Shown: in pieces, positions 15,101 to 29,784 of the stretch
How the letters are laid out: each line of letters starts with the position of its first letter
Numbering within the stretch: the stretch's first letter is position 1
NCBI GenBank assembly: GCA_030265395.1
Contig: JARFYF010000063.1
Span: forward strand, 43,286,235-43,350,234
DNA length: 64,000 nucleotides
Source of the DNA: Rhina ancylostomus
Lineage: Eukaryota
Reading direction: 5' to 3'
Position numbers and translations under genes: made by a program
The notes under the pieces: model-generated
The model's input: only the letters and a program-made list of their open reading frames with translations
What the model was told of the DNA's origin: nothing
The model's database searches: none

Positions 15101-18100
15101 CATATGACCAAATATTTGGAGAATTTTATTGCACCACTTTGAATTTGATGCAGTGACATCCACAAAAATACACATGCTGTTTTATTCTCTGGATTGTTTT
15201 TGTATCAGGTTATTCAGAGCAACATTAACTGTAACCTAACCTGGAAGTTCAAATTGTTTTGTGTTGTCGATTATTTTCATCAGTGCATTATGCACATCAT
15301 TGGTTGCAACTGTCTCAGCAGAGTTTGTTGAGAATTGAGGGCTGTTGCTCCATTTTCCAATTATGTAATAAAAATCCAGTGATTTAGGTCATAAAGGTAT
15401 ATAATGGGGAAATGATTTTATTAATGCTTTAGAATGGCCTTTGTAAATACAGCATATCCTTTTTTACATTTGTAATACACAAAAATAAAGTGACACAATT
15501 TGAGCTTAATGGTATATTTCTGTTATGCATTAGACTTCTGAACCACAGAGACAACTGGATCCACAGAGACAGATCACCTTGAAACAAACTCCAGTATCTA
15601 CAGACAGAGGAAGGTAAGAATAAGCATTATTTGTAGCTATCTCAGTTTTTTAAAAACTAATCCAATATTGATATAAAGCAATATGTTGCATATGCCTTTA
15701 ATAAATTCTAATGCAACTTAGTGAAGACCCTGTCTCTTTAAACACAAGAATTAGCCATTGTATTTAACTGCATTCAATGGACGGAATCTTATTTTACTTT
15801 AAAAAGAAACAAAATCCTCTTCTTGACCTGGCAGCTTTAATAGTTGCAATGCACTTCTGCGGTATGTTTACAGTCTGTTATTTTTTCGGTAAATGTTAAA
15901 TTTATTATATTTTCATTATGAAAGGCAATGTTTCATATACAATTGATTTAATTCTGAATGGGAAATATTAACTAAACGTTCTTCAAAATTCCATGCAGTT
16001 CGAGCTCATCAGATCCACCAACAGCCAATATCAAGCCGACCCCTCTTGTGGCAACACCAAGTAAAGTAGCTGCTGGGCCAGTCCCTGGTAGCAAGTCCAC
16101 ACCAAGAGCCAGTATTCGTCCAATGGTTACTCCAGCGACTGTCACTGGACCGGCCACAACACCAACTGCAACGGTGATGCCAACAACACAGGTTGAAACT
16201 CAAGAAGGTATCTAGTTTAAATATTGAACCAAGGAACAAGCAAGCACTTTGAAACTAGCAGCTGTGTAATATTCACATTGGTTTGTCACGGTGGAGAAAT
16301 ATGATTTTCAAATCCTATTAATATTTTGTTTAATGGAAAACAATGTTGGTTGCTAGTTATGTCCTTGTATTCAATTTCACCCTCTCCCTTTAATCAGCAG
16401 CTATACAGTCAGAAGGACCAGTGGAGCACGTAACTGTTTTTGGTAGCACAAGTGGAACAGTGCGTTCAACGAGTCCAAATATCCCAAACTTGTCACAGCC
16501 TATTTTAACAGTGCAGCAGCAACAGACACAAGCAACAGCATTTGTACAGCCCACTCAACAAACTCTTCAGCAGGTAGAACCAGCAAATCAGGAGCTTTCA
16601 ACAAACCTAGCAGATGTTGTGCAGAGCTCCCCATTGGAACGACCATCCACTTCTACTGCTGTATTTGGGACAGGTTAGTTTGTTATGATCTGAAAGTTGC
16701 TTTAAGTTGTTCCTGAAAATAAAAAAAAGTGCATCGGCTAGAAATCTAAAAGAAAACATAAAATGATGGAAGTAACCAGGTCAGGCCACATCTGTGGGAA
16801 AAGAAACAGAGTCAGTGTTTCAGGTCGGAGTTTCAATGCTTCGTACCCAATCTGAAACATTGACTCTATTTCTCTCACAATGCAGCCTAACTAACCTGCT
16901 GAGTATTTCCAGCATTTTCTGTTTTTGTTTTAGACAACTTGATCTTAATAATCCTGAATTGAAAGTTTTCAAATATTGACATTCAGAAATGAGAGCAAGT
17001 CATTCAGCTCTTGTCTGTTTGGCCAATTCTATAAGGCAGTGGCTGATCTTCATTCCTTAATCTTTCACAACACATTTCTTTATGTCCTTGAATAACAAAA
17101 ATCGTATTTCCATCATTCTTGGAAGTATCAATTGACTTAATGTTAAAAGATTTTTGGCAGGGAGTGGTGATTGTAGAGGGGGTTTGTGGTTGGGGAAGAA
17201 TTCTGTACCATGCTCTTTATTCCTGACTACCTCTAGATTTAAGATTGCATAGCCAAACCCTTCATTCTAATACTCAAGCACCTAATTTAGCTTCCCTGGA
17301 TAAGATAAAATTCTCCCATGGATGCATTTAATCCCAGAAACTGATGCATTGAATCTTTGATTCCTCTATGAAAGGTCTTTTATTCGGATTAGGGGTTGGA
17401 AACTGGGACATGATACTGTGGATGTGGTCTCTCAGAAGCCTTACCTGAGTGCAATAGGGCTTTTTTGTTACTCTTGTGGTACAGTTCCTTTGTAATAAAG
17501 ACTACTGCAAGATTTCTGAATTCTTACTGTAACCGGTTTGTGTGCAAAGATACCCTGGTCCTGCAAAATACCAATATTTCCTCATCTCTCAATGTACTTT
17601 TAAAAAGTCTCTATGCTCCAATTGGCACGGTCCTAACTTGATCACAGAGCCTTTCCCTAAACCTTTTCAGTCTCGTTACCTTCCTCGAAGCTGCCTTTTT
17701 GTTTTGTATTTTGAATATTTGGATTCATTGACCAGTATGAATGTAAAGTTGCTGAGGTCTAGATATTGATTCTTTGATTATCACATTCTGTGGTGCTAAC
17801 CTGAAATTGACTTCTATATTTGTATTATTTTCTCCCTATTAACCAAGCTCGAATCTTGCTAATTTCTGCAACATGCGATCCTGCTACTTTCTTAGCCCGG
17901 TGCTTTATAGCCAGTGAACATTTGTATGCCCTGAAAGGGACATGACAGATCTTGCATAATGTGATGTTTTTTTCATTTATGAACAATGAAGTTGGTATCC
18001 AAACTTAAATGACTTTTATTTGCCTCTACTTGTTTATTGTAGTAAAAGGAAGCCAGGTAAGCTATTTTCCAACATACAAACATGGTGAAAAGTTGATTGT

Positions 18101-21100
18101 AAATTGCATGCACTTGTTTTTTTTCTTTTTGTGGGGACTGCCTGATCTTCATCTTGATGATGTGCAAAATCATTGAAACTGGAGTGAAACAAGTGTCATA
18201 CAGGAAATTTAAGTTGAAGACCTGTACTTCTGTCAATACATAGTGCTACTTGTAACAATTTTGAAAGTTGATACTGGGACCCTGAACAATCCTAAACTTT
18301 TGCTAAGAAAAGTAAATAATGCCGCTCTAATCCACAGAGCTCTCAATTCACCAGTTTTTGGTCAGTTAATGAGTAACCAATTAGACAACTCCTCTGAAAT
18401 CTATTTCTTTTATTGGGCAGTTCTCATGCAGTGATTGAACTTGTAGGTTTTGGGGCCATTAGGTCTTAGAAAAAACTTTTGGAATTTGAAATAATGATTT
18501 GAAAAAGTGTCACCTTTCAGTTTCAGGTTCGACTACTATGTCTAAGCGTCAACGTGAAGATGATGAGGAGACCAGTGCAGATAACACAGCTCATGGTCAG
18601 GACGAGTCTTTGGAACATCAATCAAAGAAACTGAAACTTGCCCAGCGAGCGGTATGTGAGGTGCTTGATGTATTGCTGATGTAATTGCAAAACCAGCCAC
18701 CAAGTAGGGATAAGGGAAGCTTCTCTGATTTGAGAGAGTATTTAAAATGAGAAAGAATTCAATCTTGTAGACAGGAAATTTATTTTCATGTTTTTGAAAA
18801 TCCAGAAGAAAGGAGCAAAATAAAATTAGAGACAAGCCATAAAGGAACAGTTCAAGGGTATTTGTTCCTACAAAGGGTAATCATAATCTGGAAACGTCTC
18901 CCATTAAATGCTTGTGATCGGTGAAACAAGTGGAATGTTCTACCAATCATTTAGGGGAAGGGTATCAAGATAAAAGAGTGCACTATTGAATAGCAATAAT
19001 CTTAATTAAGTGGCAGGATATGTTGAATGGTGTTTGTGAATGGCAAATAGCTTGGAAATGTTCATGAAATCTATGGAGAATGTAGTAAAACTCAGATAAT
19101 CTGACACTTGGGACCTTCGTGGTGCTGGACTGGAAGATTTTCCAGACTATTGGATATCATGCGTGTTTAATTCATTTATTTAACGTGTTACATGATGTTA
19201 TAATGAATTTCCCTGTGAACCAAATACATTTGAGAGGAGCACAGGAACTGGGACTTCGGTGAGTGGGAAGGAAGTGTGGCAAATATTACTCAGTGAGCTA
19301 AATGCCGAACCTTTGAGGTTTCCCAGTAGTTGGATGGTGGGTTATCTGAGTTTTACTGGAGTTGGAAAAGGACAGTTTGGGCGGGGAGGGGGGGGGCAGT
19401 GGAGGTGGAAATTATAACTTTCTCACAAAAAAAAGAGAGAGAGAGAAGTCTCTGCTCCATGGCACGTTCTCGGATAATATTTTTGTAGAATTAATGTTAA
19501 ATTGAACATAATGCCACTAAGTGTTTCAACTTCAGGAAGAGCACATGCAAGAAGTGGAAGAAAGTGCAGAAACAGATACTGAAATGCAGATGCAGTCAGA
19601 GAACCTGGATTCACAGGACTCTATCACCCAGGTCAGTTAATTAGCACCAGTCAATCTTGGACTGTAAAGATATGGATTCAGTCCTGTGTGTTCTTTACCC
19701 AAAAGCAAATGCCTTTTTACATTGCTTTTTAAGCACATTGTTTCTCTGTGCTTTACATTGCCTAATTAGGGATGTGTGTGCAAGGGCTTTTGTGAAAACT
19801 ATCTCATTTATGGCAGGGGTTTTGTTGTATCCTTCAAATTATCCTTGGATAATGAAGTCTGTTCCCATATATGTAATATATATTCCAGTTGATGTGTAGC
19901 ACCCACATTTCATTGCCCAGGAAGTCTTGAATAATGGAGTCTGCTACCTCTCCTTGACATTCTGGCCACTGGTTGGCATGGATGTGGTGGGGTGAATGAC
20001 CATTTATAGTACTGTATGACTATTCCACAGCATTGTCAAATTCTCCTTCCGCTGTAACATGAGGATCCCCATTGATCAGAAACTTGATGTGCCACCCACA
20101 AAAATTCTGAAAACAATAATAACACATCAGAGCTTGGTATTTCTGTTCAGAGAAACCCACCTCTTGATTGTCCAATCCACTTTCATCATAGTCTACAAAA
20201 TGTATCTGAATTTTTCATAATTAATTTATTAACGGCTAGACTTAACATTTATTGCTCTTGAAAGAAAAAAAGTTTCCTCCTCTAGCCTGAAGTGTGAAGT
20301 TTGATAAACATACAAGAAACTCTATAACATCAAGGACAAAACAAGCTTTTTTAACACACCATACCTTAAATATCTAGTTCCCTCCACAACAACCACACCT
20401 TGCCTGCTCTGTGCATGTGACTTGCAACACGCCCTGGTTCCCCTGCACAAGGCCTCTTCCACAAATCAAAGAGTGAGGGCGATAGAGGTCACAGGTGCCA
20501 CTTTGACTTGCAAATAAATCATCCCTCCTTTTATTTTTACTGGGCCATAAACCTGGAGCTCCTGATCTAAAAGCACGATAAGAGTATGTTCACCACACTA
20601 ACTGCAGTGCTTCAAGAAAGAAGTTTACTGTCAATACCTCTAGGCCAGTCTGTTTTTTTAATTAGATTCAATTGTCTCAGGCTTTCTGCGGCAAAATAGG
20701 GATCAAGTGTAAAGGTCTAAAGGGAGATTCTGAGATGGTCAGTCAAGAAAAGTAACCTCTTTGTTGACATAGAACAGAATGAAACGTTGCATGATGGAAT
20801 GTAGCAACCCACCAAGATTTTTCCGGTGGCACTTCCAAACCTGTGTTCTCTGCACCATTACCTTCTCTTTGTGGGGGAAAAAAATGATTGGCAGGAAGGA
20901 TACCTGTGTGAGGGGATATGTTAATGGACAAAATAATAAATCTATAAAATAAAGTACACTTAAGTAAAACTGCTTTCACAAGCTAATTGATAAGATGACA
21001 TCTGGACAAAACATTTCAAAAGGTTTGGCATTGACAATTTGCCACAATATAAAGAACTTGGCTATAAGACTATATAACAGCAGAAGCAGGTAACACATGT

Positions 21101-24100
21101 AACCAAATATATTTAAAAAAATCAATAAGATTTTGTAAATTGAGTGTACTTTTATATATTTTTAATAATGAAGTTGCTTGTTCCCATCAATGCAGCCTTA
21201 GTAATTTGCCAAATGAAAATCATTTCTATTCTGACTTTTTTTTGCAGGTGGTTATTGAAGAGTACCCACCTTCTCAACTGATGGAAGATAATGAAGAGAC
21301 TTCTCATCCTTTGGATTTGGTCCCCCAACCACCGGAACACCAGCAAAATACTCAATCATCACAAAATTCTCAGACACAAACTGAATACATTATTATTGAG
21401 AGCGATGAAGATCCAGACAATGAAGAGGACCAAGAGCAGGTAAACATGAAGCTGGATGGGATTGAATTCAAATAGTGCTTGGCAGATCCATCAACCTGCT
21501 TCACATTTTGAGCAGCATGTTATTATGAATAGTGGACATTTTGAAGTGAGAATACATGATAAAAATGAATTATATATTAACTTTAATGGATTTGTGAATT
21601 ACCTGTCTTTGAAAACCAATCATGGCCTTCCCAAATTTTGGTCAGGTTTTTCTTCTGGATCTAGGTTAATTATTATTGTTTGTTTCTTGCACCAAAGAAA
21701 TTTTATGTGAATCCTATTTTGGATTCATTGGTATTTTAACAGCTGGGTGTGTTTGTGTCTCTATTCTGATGTTGAGAAATTGCAGTCCATTTTCAGCCCT
21801 ATGAATTAGGAGCAACAGTAAGCCCCTTGGCTCTTTGAGGGTAGTCTGCCATTATCTGATTTAACCTTGACATTCCCATTTTACCCCAGTTATCTTGTAA
21901 CCTCCTGACATGTCAGGAATCTATCTACCTTTTACCTTAAACATATTCAAGGACTTTGCATCTGTTGAGGAACAGAGTTGCAGAGATACTTGACCATCTG
22001 AATGGGGGCGGGGGGAATATTACCTGCTGTATTTTAAGTGGGCAATATTTATAAACTGTGACCCCCTGGTTCTGTGTGCTCCCAGAACAGGAAATGTCCT
22101 CTCCACCTCCAGGCCCCTTGGGATCTTCCGTTTCAATCAAGTCACCTCTCACTCTTCTAAATTCCAGTAATACATGCCTAAGAAATGGGGGCCAATACCG
22201 CACACCACACTCCACAGGTGGTCTTATTAGTGCCCTATATAACTGCATCAAACCCTCCCTCCTTTTGCATCCCTTCAGTGGTGTTGTTAGTGTTCCTAAT
22301 TACTTATTGTACTTGCATTCTGGCCTTTTATGAATCATGTACTAGGACAGCCAAATGATCCTGTATCTCACCACTGTGTAATCTCTCACTATTTAGATAA
22401 TGTGCTTTATTTTTATAAATGAGCAATTTCACATTTCTCCAAGTTATGATCCATTGAGCAATTTCACATTTCTCCAAGTTATGATCCATTTGCCAGATCT
22501 TCGCCGGCTCGCTCTGTTTCCCTTTGTAGCTGCCTTGTATCATATTCACAACTTAACTTCCTAACTCTCTTTGTGTTATATGCATATTTATTGACTACAA
22601 ATCCTTTATATCCAGGTCATAACTAATAGAAAGTTGTGGCCCCAGCACTGATCCCTATGACACTACTCATTACAGTAAAACTGTGATAATCTGCCACCCT
22701 GAGATCTTTGATGTAGGACTAACAGATTTTCTGGACTATTGGATGTTATTCATTACCAAAACACACATTTGTTTTACATGTTTCCCAGTGGTATAATTTT
22801 CCGATGAATCTTGTAAGTTAAAAGGGAATACAGTAAAAAGAACCAGGTGAGTTTCAGTTCTTAAACATGCAAGAATAGCAAAACCCAGCTCTGGCTGCAT
22901 ACTTGCCACACTCTGGGGCCCAGCTCTAGCCACAACCCCACCCATATTCCTGACCCCTGGTATTCTTGAGCTGATCCAGGTTCCGGCCCCACATTCAGTA
23001 AAACACAGCTGACCTCACAGGTTCTGATGAATGAGCCAGATGCTGTGCCATTAGGATTTCCAAACAATCAGATGTTGGATTATCAGAATTTTGCTGTGTG
23101 TCTTCCAACCTGGAAAGGATTCATTTTATGCCCATTGTTAGCCAGCCAGTCTTCTGTCAATGCAGAACCCATTGACTCTGTTATTCTTCTATTTACGTAA
23201 AGATCCCACCAACATGTTTTATAACCCTTTTACAGTTTCCCGAGAGTTGAATGTTGGGCACCCTAGTTGGTGCAATGCCTTGCTTAAAGCCCTGTGAGAT
23301 CTTTAAATTCTGCACAAGAAGGTGAATATAGTAAGATTTTATAAATCATAAATAATAATTTGCAAGGATAAGCTTTGTACACAATTGGATAATCTTTCCA
23401 TAATAGTGGAATTAGAATGCAATCCAGCATCCTGTCTTCAACTAGTTCTTATGGAGAAAATTTGTAGGTTTTTCTTGCAAAATAGCTGACTTCAAGTTGT
23501 ACATGTAGGAAGTCAACTAATTATTGAAAGATGTTGGCTTTGAGATGTAACTTTCAATGGTGAGAGCTGAAGAGTTTGACTCAACTATTCTCAATCATTT
23601 TAGGAGGAATATGAAGAGGACGAGGAGGAAGAGGAGGATGATGATGATACTGGTATTGAGGATGGTGATGGTGAAGACAGCAATGAGGGTAGTCCTGAGG
23701 GAGAAGATAATTATGATGATGGCAACGTTGAGGTATGCAAGGTTTTTGAGATCTACACATGTTAGATTGAAGCTGGCTAAAGTGTCATGATGAGAATTTT
23801 TCACAGAAGATTTGGCTCAATATACTTAATTTCCTAAGTGCTTCTCCACTCTTCTCTGTCCCACCTTTACTGAATTAACTGATCATTTTAAATGTTCATT
23901 TTGGGTCACCCCTCAAGCATCTCAACTTGAGAGAAAGCTAGGCAAATTTGTGCAACTTGTTACTATTAGAAACTTGATTCCTGTGTGTGAACCTGAGCCA
24001 CTTCACCAAAGGCAAAGCTTTTTCCTGGAGTCTTGTGATTATAATTGAGTGCTATACTCCATGTATGATGTACCCAAGGCTCCATACAAAAAAAAGTCAC

Positions 24101-27100
24101 TTTTTCAATTACAGCTTCTTTGAAATAACAGTCAACATTCCATTAACCTCTACTTTTTTTCTTCTATTTATCTTTGCACTAATCTGTGACAGCCTTTTGT
24201 TTTTCTTGAAACAGTGCACTTCATAATCTTGTCACAGAAATATAAATTATGTAAATCTGTGGTGGATGACCCTATAAAGCTTAACGTTGAATTCTTATGT
24301 GCCAAAGGCTTTCACACTTGCTATGTCTTTGATCTTTCACAACTCTCTTGTGTTCCATCTGAACATCCAAATAATCTTTAAAAGAGGGCTAGGTTCCTGT
24401 TGATTATGGAGTTAAGAGCTTAAACCTGTCATAGACCAGGTAATAACTATTCTCTTTGTGGGGTGGCTATGTGGGAACTATTTGGAATTGGGGTGAAATT
24501 GGAATATTTTAACCACTCAGGGTGAGAGGGCTTGGTGTGGGAGCCAGTAACTCGGAGCTGTTGCATGATGTCCTGTTGATAACATTTTATTAAGGCTTTG
24601 GCTTGCAAGAGTTAGAATGGCTAAAATGGTCCTATTGGTAGAGTAGTAGTAGAGGCAGATGTGATATGATTGTATTTGGCAACTTGCGTTTAGGGTCTTG
24701 AAGGTGAACAACACCTGTGAAAGACAAAGAAGTGTGTCCTCATGGAATGAATGTGAATTAAAAAAATACATGCAATCTATAAAGGATGCAACATCTCCTT
24801 GAGTGCAGTTTACTTCAGTGTTTTGCTGGAAAAAGTATCTGCTTTCAGCTAGTGTCTTTTTTTGAAGCGCTTTCTAAATTGGTATGATCTGCGAATTTAC
24901 CTTTGATTTTTAGCCTTTTTTTTAGGTCATTCTAATATTTGGTGATGTTTTCCTGCTGCTGAAGTTAAGTTTTCACAGCTTGCCTGTTGGATGATGTTTG
25001 TTGAAACGTCTACATTCTTAACCACACCTCTACCACACCTAGAGTACTGTGTTCAGTTCTGGTCACCGCATTATAGGAAGGACATGGAGGCATTAGAGAG
25101 GGTGCAGAGGAGATTTACCAGGATGTTGCCTGGATTAGAGTGTATGGAATATGAGGAGAGGNNNNNNNNNNNNNNNNNNNNNNNNNNNNNNNNNNNNNNN
25201 NNNNNNNNNNNNNNNNNNNNNNNNNNNNNNNNNNNNNNNNNNNNNNNNNNNNNNNNNNNNNTGGAGGCAGATACGTTGGACAGGTTCAAGAGGTTGTTGG
25301 ATAGGCATATGGAGGAGTGTGGGATAGAGGGATATGCAAGAGGAAAGGGTTAGATGGTGTGAGGTGTGGTTTGATGGGCTGCACAACACGGTGGGCCGAA
25401 GGGCCTGTATTGTGCTGTATTGTTCTATGGTTAATCGAGACTGCTTTTCACACAGGTTGCTGATGGGACAGATCCCAGTACAGACGAGCAAACTACAAGA
25501 GAAAGTACTCAAATTTCAGAGGATAATTGTAAGTCTTAGTAAATTCCTGGCATTTAAAACTGAAATTGATTGGTAAAATGTAAAGTACAGATAAAATGAG
25601 TTTGAATTTAAATATTTTACTTAGTGATTTTTGTGACATGTCTTGTGTAAAATTTCTTTCTTGCCTCTTAAATTAACTCATTATCAATTTCTTGGTTTTG
25701 TTAAGATATCCAACAGTACCAATGAAGCGTTAACTTTTGCTGTAAAAGGCCAGAGTTTCATAGCAGTGATATGATGTACACTGCTCATTACCCACTAAGC
25801 CCACACATAAAATGAAGCTAGCTCCACCTTCATTAAAGAGGATCTCTAGGGCCTTGTGGATATAAGTGAAATCATGTAATGAGGTCTTAACAAGTCCTGC
25901 CATCATGAATGCTGAAAATAAGCTCTTCAGCAGTTGGCTAGGCCATGCTCCTGGCCTTAACTACTGTTAGCTGGTTTGAATGACATTCTTAATGACTAGT
26001 TAGTCTGACATTCAACAATTTTCAACATTCCTATCTATTAAAAGTTAATCAAGTAATTAAAATAATTCCAAAAAATTAAAATGCTTTAATTAGTAACATA
26101 CAAGTTAATTCAATTATTTTAAAAACACAGCTGGAAATGACCTGAAACTTTGTCATTTGCAGCTGTTTCATTCCTTTGAAATGAGTGGAGTCACTGAACC
26201 TGCATCAAGTACAACTTCTCTCTGGTGCAGGTTCAGCAGGCAGATTCCCCAGTGAAAGCAAATAGTCAGCTGAACTCCAGCAATCACCTTTCAGGAATTT
26301 CCTGTTATTTATGTCAGGGAATGCCAACAGTTCAACCATTTCAGTCCTTTGTCCTTGTGTAATTTAGAGTAGAATTATATCCTTCACAATCTTTTAAGGT
26401 TGTGCACACAGCAATGTTGGTCACTAATGTTGGAATATATAGATTTAGCGTATTAGGCAATGTTATGTAATTATTTGTGTTCTTTCCAGAGAAGAAAGAA
26501 TGTGGTTAGTTTTGTGTAGCTTCAGATCGTGTATCAAGTGAGCATTTTTTAATTTCACTTGTGCAAGTATTTTTAGCATAGAAATTTCAACCATGAAATA
26601 ATTTTAATTTTGCAAAATGTGTGATTTAGAAAATCTAATTATAATACAGTACAATGCTTAAAATTTCCCAGCAACTAGTATAATATTTACATTTTGTCAA
26701 TAGCTGTAGGTGAGGGTTGTGTCACTACTACCGAGTCATACACTCCAGACGCTCCCAGAGAGCAACAGACAGTTGCTGAAAGACAAGCTTCACGAGCTCG
26801 ACGATCACCAAGGAGACCACCGCATCATCTTCCTCCAAGACTGACCATTCAACCTCCAGCTCCAGAACTGGGACCACCTGCACAGGTGCTGAAAGCTAAG
26901 CTGGCATATTTTTTTATATTTTGATATCCACATGAAACTTTGTGGGCCAATGGTTTCTTACAATTGTTCAAAAAACTGAAATCAATCATGTAATTTTCTT
27001 TAAAATTACATAGTTTATTGCATGTTGACCTGTAACTAGAAAATTGCAAATGTTTTTGATTCAGGGGATTAGCAATACAGCAATTTGTTTATACATTGTC

Positions 27101-29731
27101 GTATGTTCACCAGACCAATCTATGTGTAAATTACAAAATGCCCCTCAATTTTGTGGCATCTCTTCCAGCTGTGTAGTTCATTCATCCAATCTGTTAAGTT
27201 TTTGTTGTGTGGTGTACTCAAATTTGCATATATGAGTTTGCAATTCCCATCTACTTTCCTTGCTGAGTTTCTTCCTGTTCTTGAATTATTTGCTAATTTA
27301 TACCATGCACTTACAGACCTTTAGACTGAATTCAGTGAGTTGGGGATATGTTCACAAAGTATCTTGATTATTGAAATCAATGGTTCTCTGAATCTGGTTG
27401 ATTCCTTCTGCTCAAAAGGAAATATCTTTGAAAACATCCTGTCATGAAATTGATTATGTCCATGAGTTGGCATTTTTATTTGGAACGTTGCCTGTCCTAA
27501 TGCACGTGAACACTACTTTACAGCTGCTCGGGTTATGAAAATCTGCCCTTACAAGAAAGTAAAAATAATATTTGCTCCACACTTTTGGATGACTGCACAG
27601 GCGATTTGGCTTCACGTTTCAGAAAATCACGGTACAGGCTGTTTTCTAGGAACACAAACCCTCCCCCTGTAATGCAGGGATTGCATGTACCTGTCTTGAC
27701 TCTGTTACTAAATTCTCTCTATTAATTAAAATTTATCCTAGAATCCAGCAAGTAACAGTCTTGTCTCCACATTACAGAAATGATGTGGAGGCTTTGGAGA
27801 GGGTACAGAAGAGGTACACCAGGATGTTGCCTGGATTAGAGAGTATTAGCTCTAAGGAGAGGTTGAGTAAGCATCAGAGGCTAAGGGGCAACCTCGTTTT
27901 ATAAATTATGAGGCATAAATAAGGTAGAGTTTTTTTTTCAAGGTGGAAATGTCAAATACTAGAGGGCATAGATTCAAGCTAAGGGTGACATTTTGACGGA
28001 GATTTACGTGTATTTTNNNNNNNNNNNNNNNNNNNNNNNNNNNNNNNNNNNNNNNNNNNNNNNNNNNNNNNNNNNNNNNNNNNNNNNNNNNNNNNNNNNN
28101 NNNNNNNNNNNNNNNNATACTAGAGGGCATAGATTCAAGCTAAGGGTGAAATTTTGAAGGAGATTTACGTTTATTTTACACAAAGTGGTAGGTGCCGGGA
28201 ATGCCCTGCCAGGGGAGGTGGTGGAAGCAGATACAATAGCAACATTTAAGAGGCATGTACGCATAGGTGCATAAACAGGCAGGGAATTGAGGGATATAAA
28301 CCACATGCAGGCAGATGTGCAGTTTTATGTACTACTATGTAGTTATGACATAATGTTGTCCTATGTTCCATTTCTGTGTTGTTGCCCTTTTACTACCAAT
28401 CTGGAACATGTTTAAATACTAAAATTATGGAATCATACTGTCATTGCTTCCTCTTGGAAATGCCATATGTTTTCCATCATCAGTTACTGTTTTGACAGAA
28501 ACTGCTCAGGTTTTCTCTTTATATCTCATAGGTTTAGTATTTTGTTTTTCTCTGCTCGCTTTTTCCACTGCCTTCCCTTGAATACTCTGAGGGTGGGCTG
28601 ATGCAAGGGATGGATGGAAGGGAGAATAGGCTGGGTAGCAGGAGCCCCTGGTAAGAGTAAAGAAAAGGAGAAGGCGACAGAAAGAAAATGCCCCAGTATT
28701 TCCCCGACCAGCTAGCTGCCCATTGTCTGGGAGCGCAATCCTCTGACAGTTCTCTGTGGTAGCCATTGCTAAGGTCAATACAGGTGGTAGCTGGTTGTGA
28801 GCTTGGCTACATCCAGATTTCACCGTGCATGTTCTTAGTTTTACCTCTGAGTCAGAGAGCAATGGATTTGGGTTCCACTCCAGATACTTCAGCACAAAAG
28901 TGCAAGTTGAAATTCCAGTGCCATATCTCCTTGGAGGTGCCACCTTTTAATTTGGACAGATGTAAAATTCTAGGACACAATATGAATATCTGGATGTTTC
29001 TTTTTATGTCTAGGCTGATGTTTATTCTTTAAGCAACACCACTTTTTAATTATCTGGTCATCAAAATATTAGTATATGTCAGATTTTGTTGGGTGACAGT
29101 TGTTATTTGGCTCTTTTGGTTGGTTTCTGAGTTTGTATTAAAATGAGGTTGTACAGGAAAATATTTTGCAAGATCCTCAGTACAAGAATTATTACTCAAA
29201 TGGACCTTCCAAAATCAGATTTAAAATGTGGCCTGTTTCATAAGCTTTGAATGATGTATAGGTCTCTCTATTTTAATAATTGAACACCTTTTGAAGAATG
29301 GAGTTTTTCATAATATTTGTTAGAATAATGATCCTTCCTATTATTCAGAGATTTCCACCAGCGAGGCGGCCTTCGTCAAGTCGAGGAGGGATCCAGCTTA
29401 CTCCAGGCATTGGAGGTGTGGTAAGTAACTGAATTCTTCATGCATTATGTAGGAATTATATACTGCTGTGTTGAGGCTACTTTCGTCCAAGCTGCTAAGG
29501 ATTGTCTTTTATGGTTACTTGCTGACCATCTTAGAAAGTACAAATCAACCAGTTTGTGAATTGCATGCACGTTGTCTATTTTCTGGTGGTTTTATCCAGA
29601 GCACAAATATGATTTGTGGCAAAAGGTCTTTTGTCTGCATTAACATCAATTAACAAGGCCCACCATTAATGTCTCATCTCCATGATATTCTGATACAGCA
29701 TGCTCTCAGTCTTGCAAAAAAATTGTACGCA

Positions 29732-29784
<53 letters not shown>

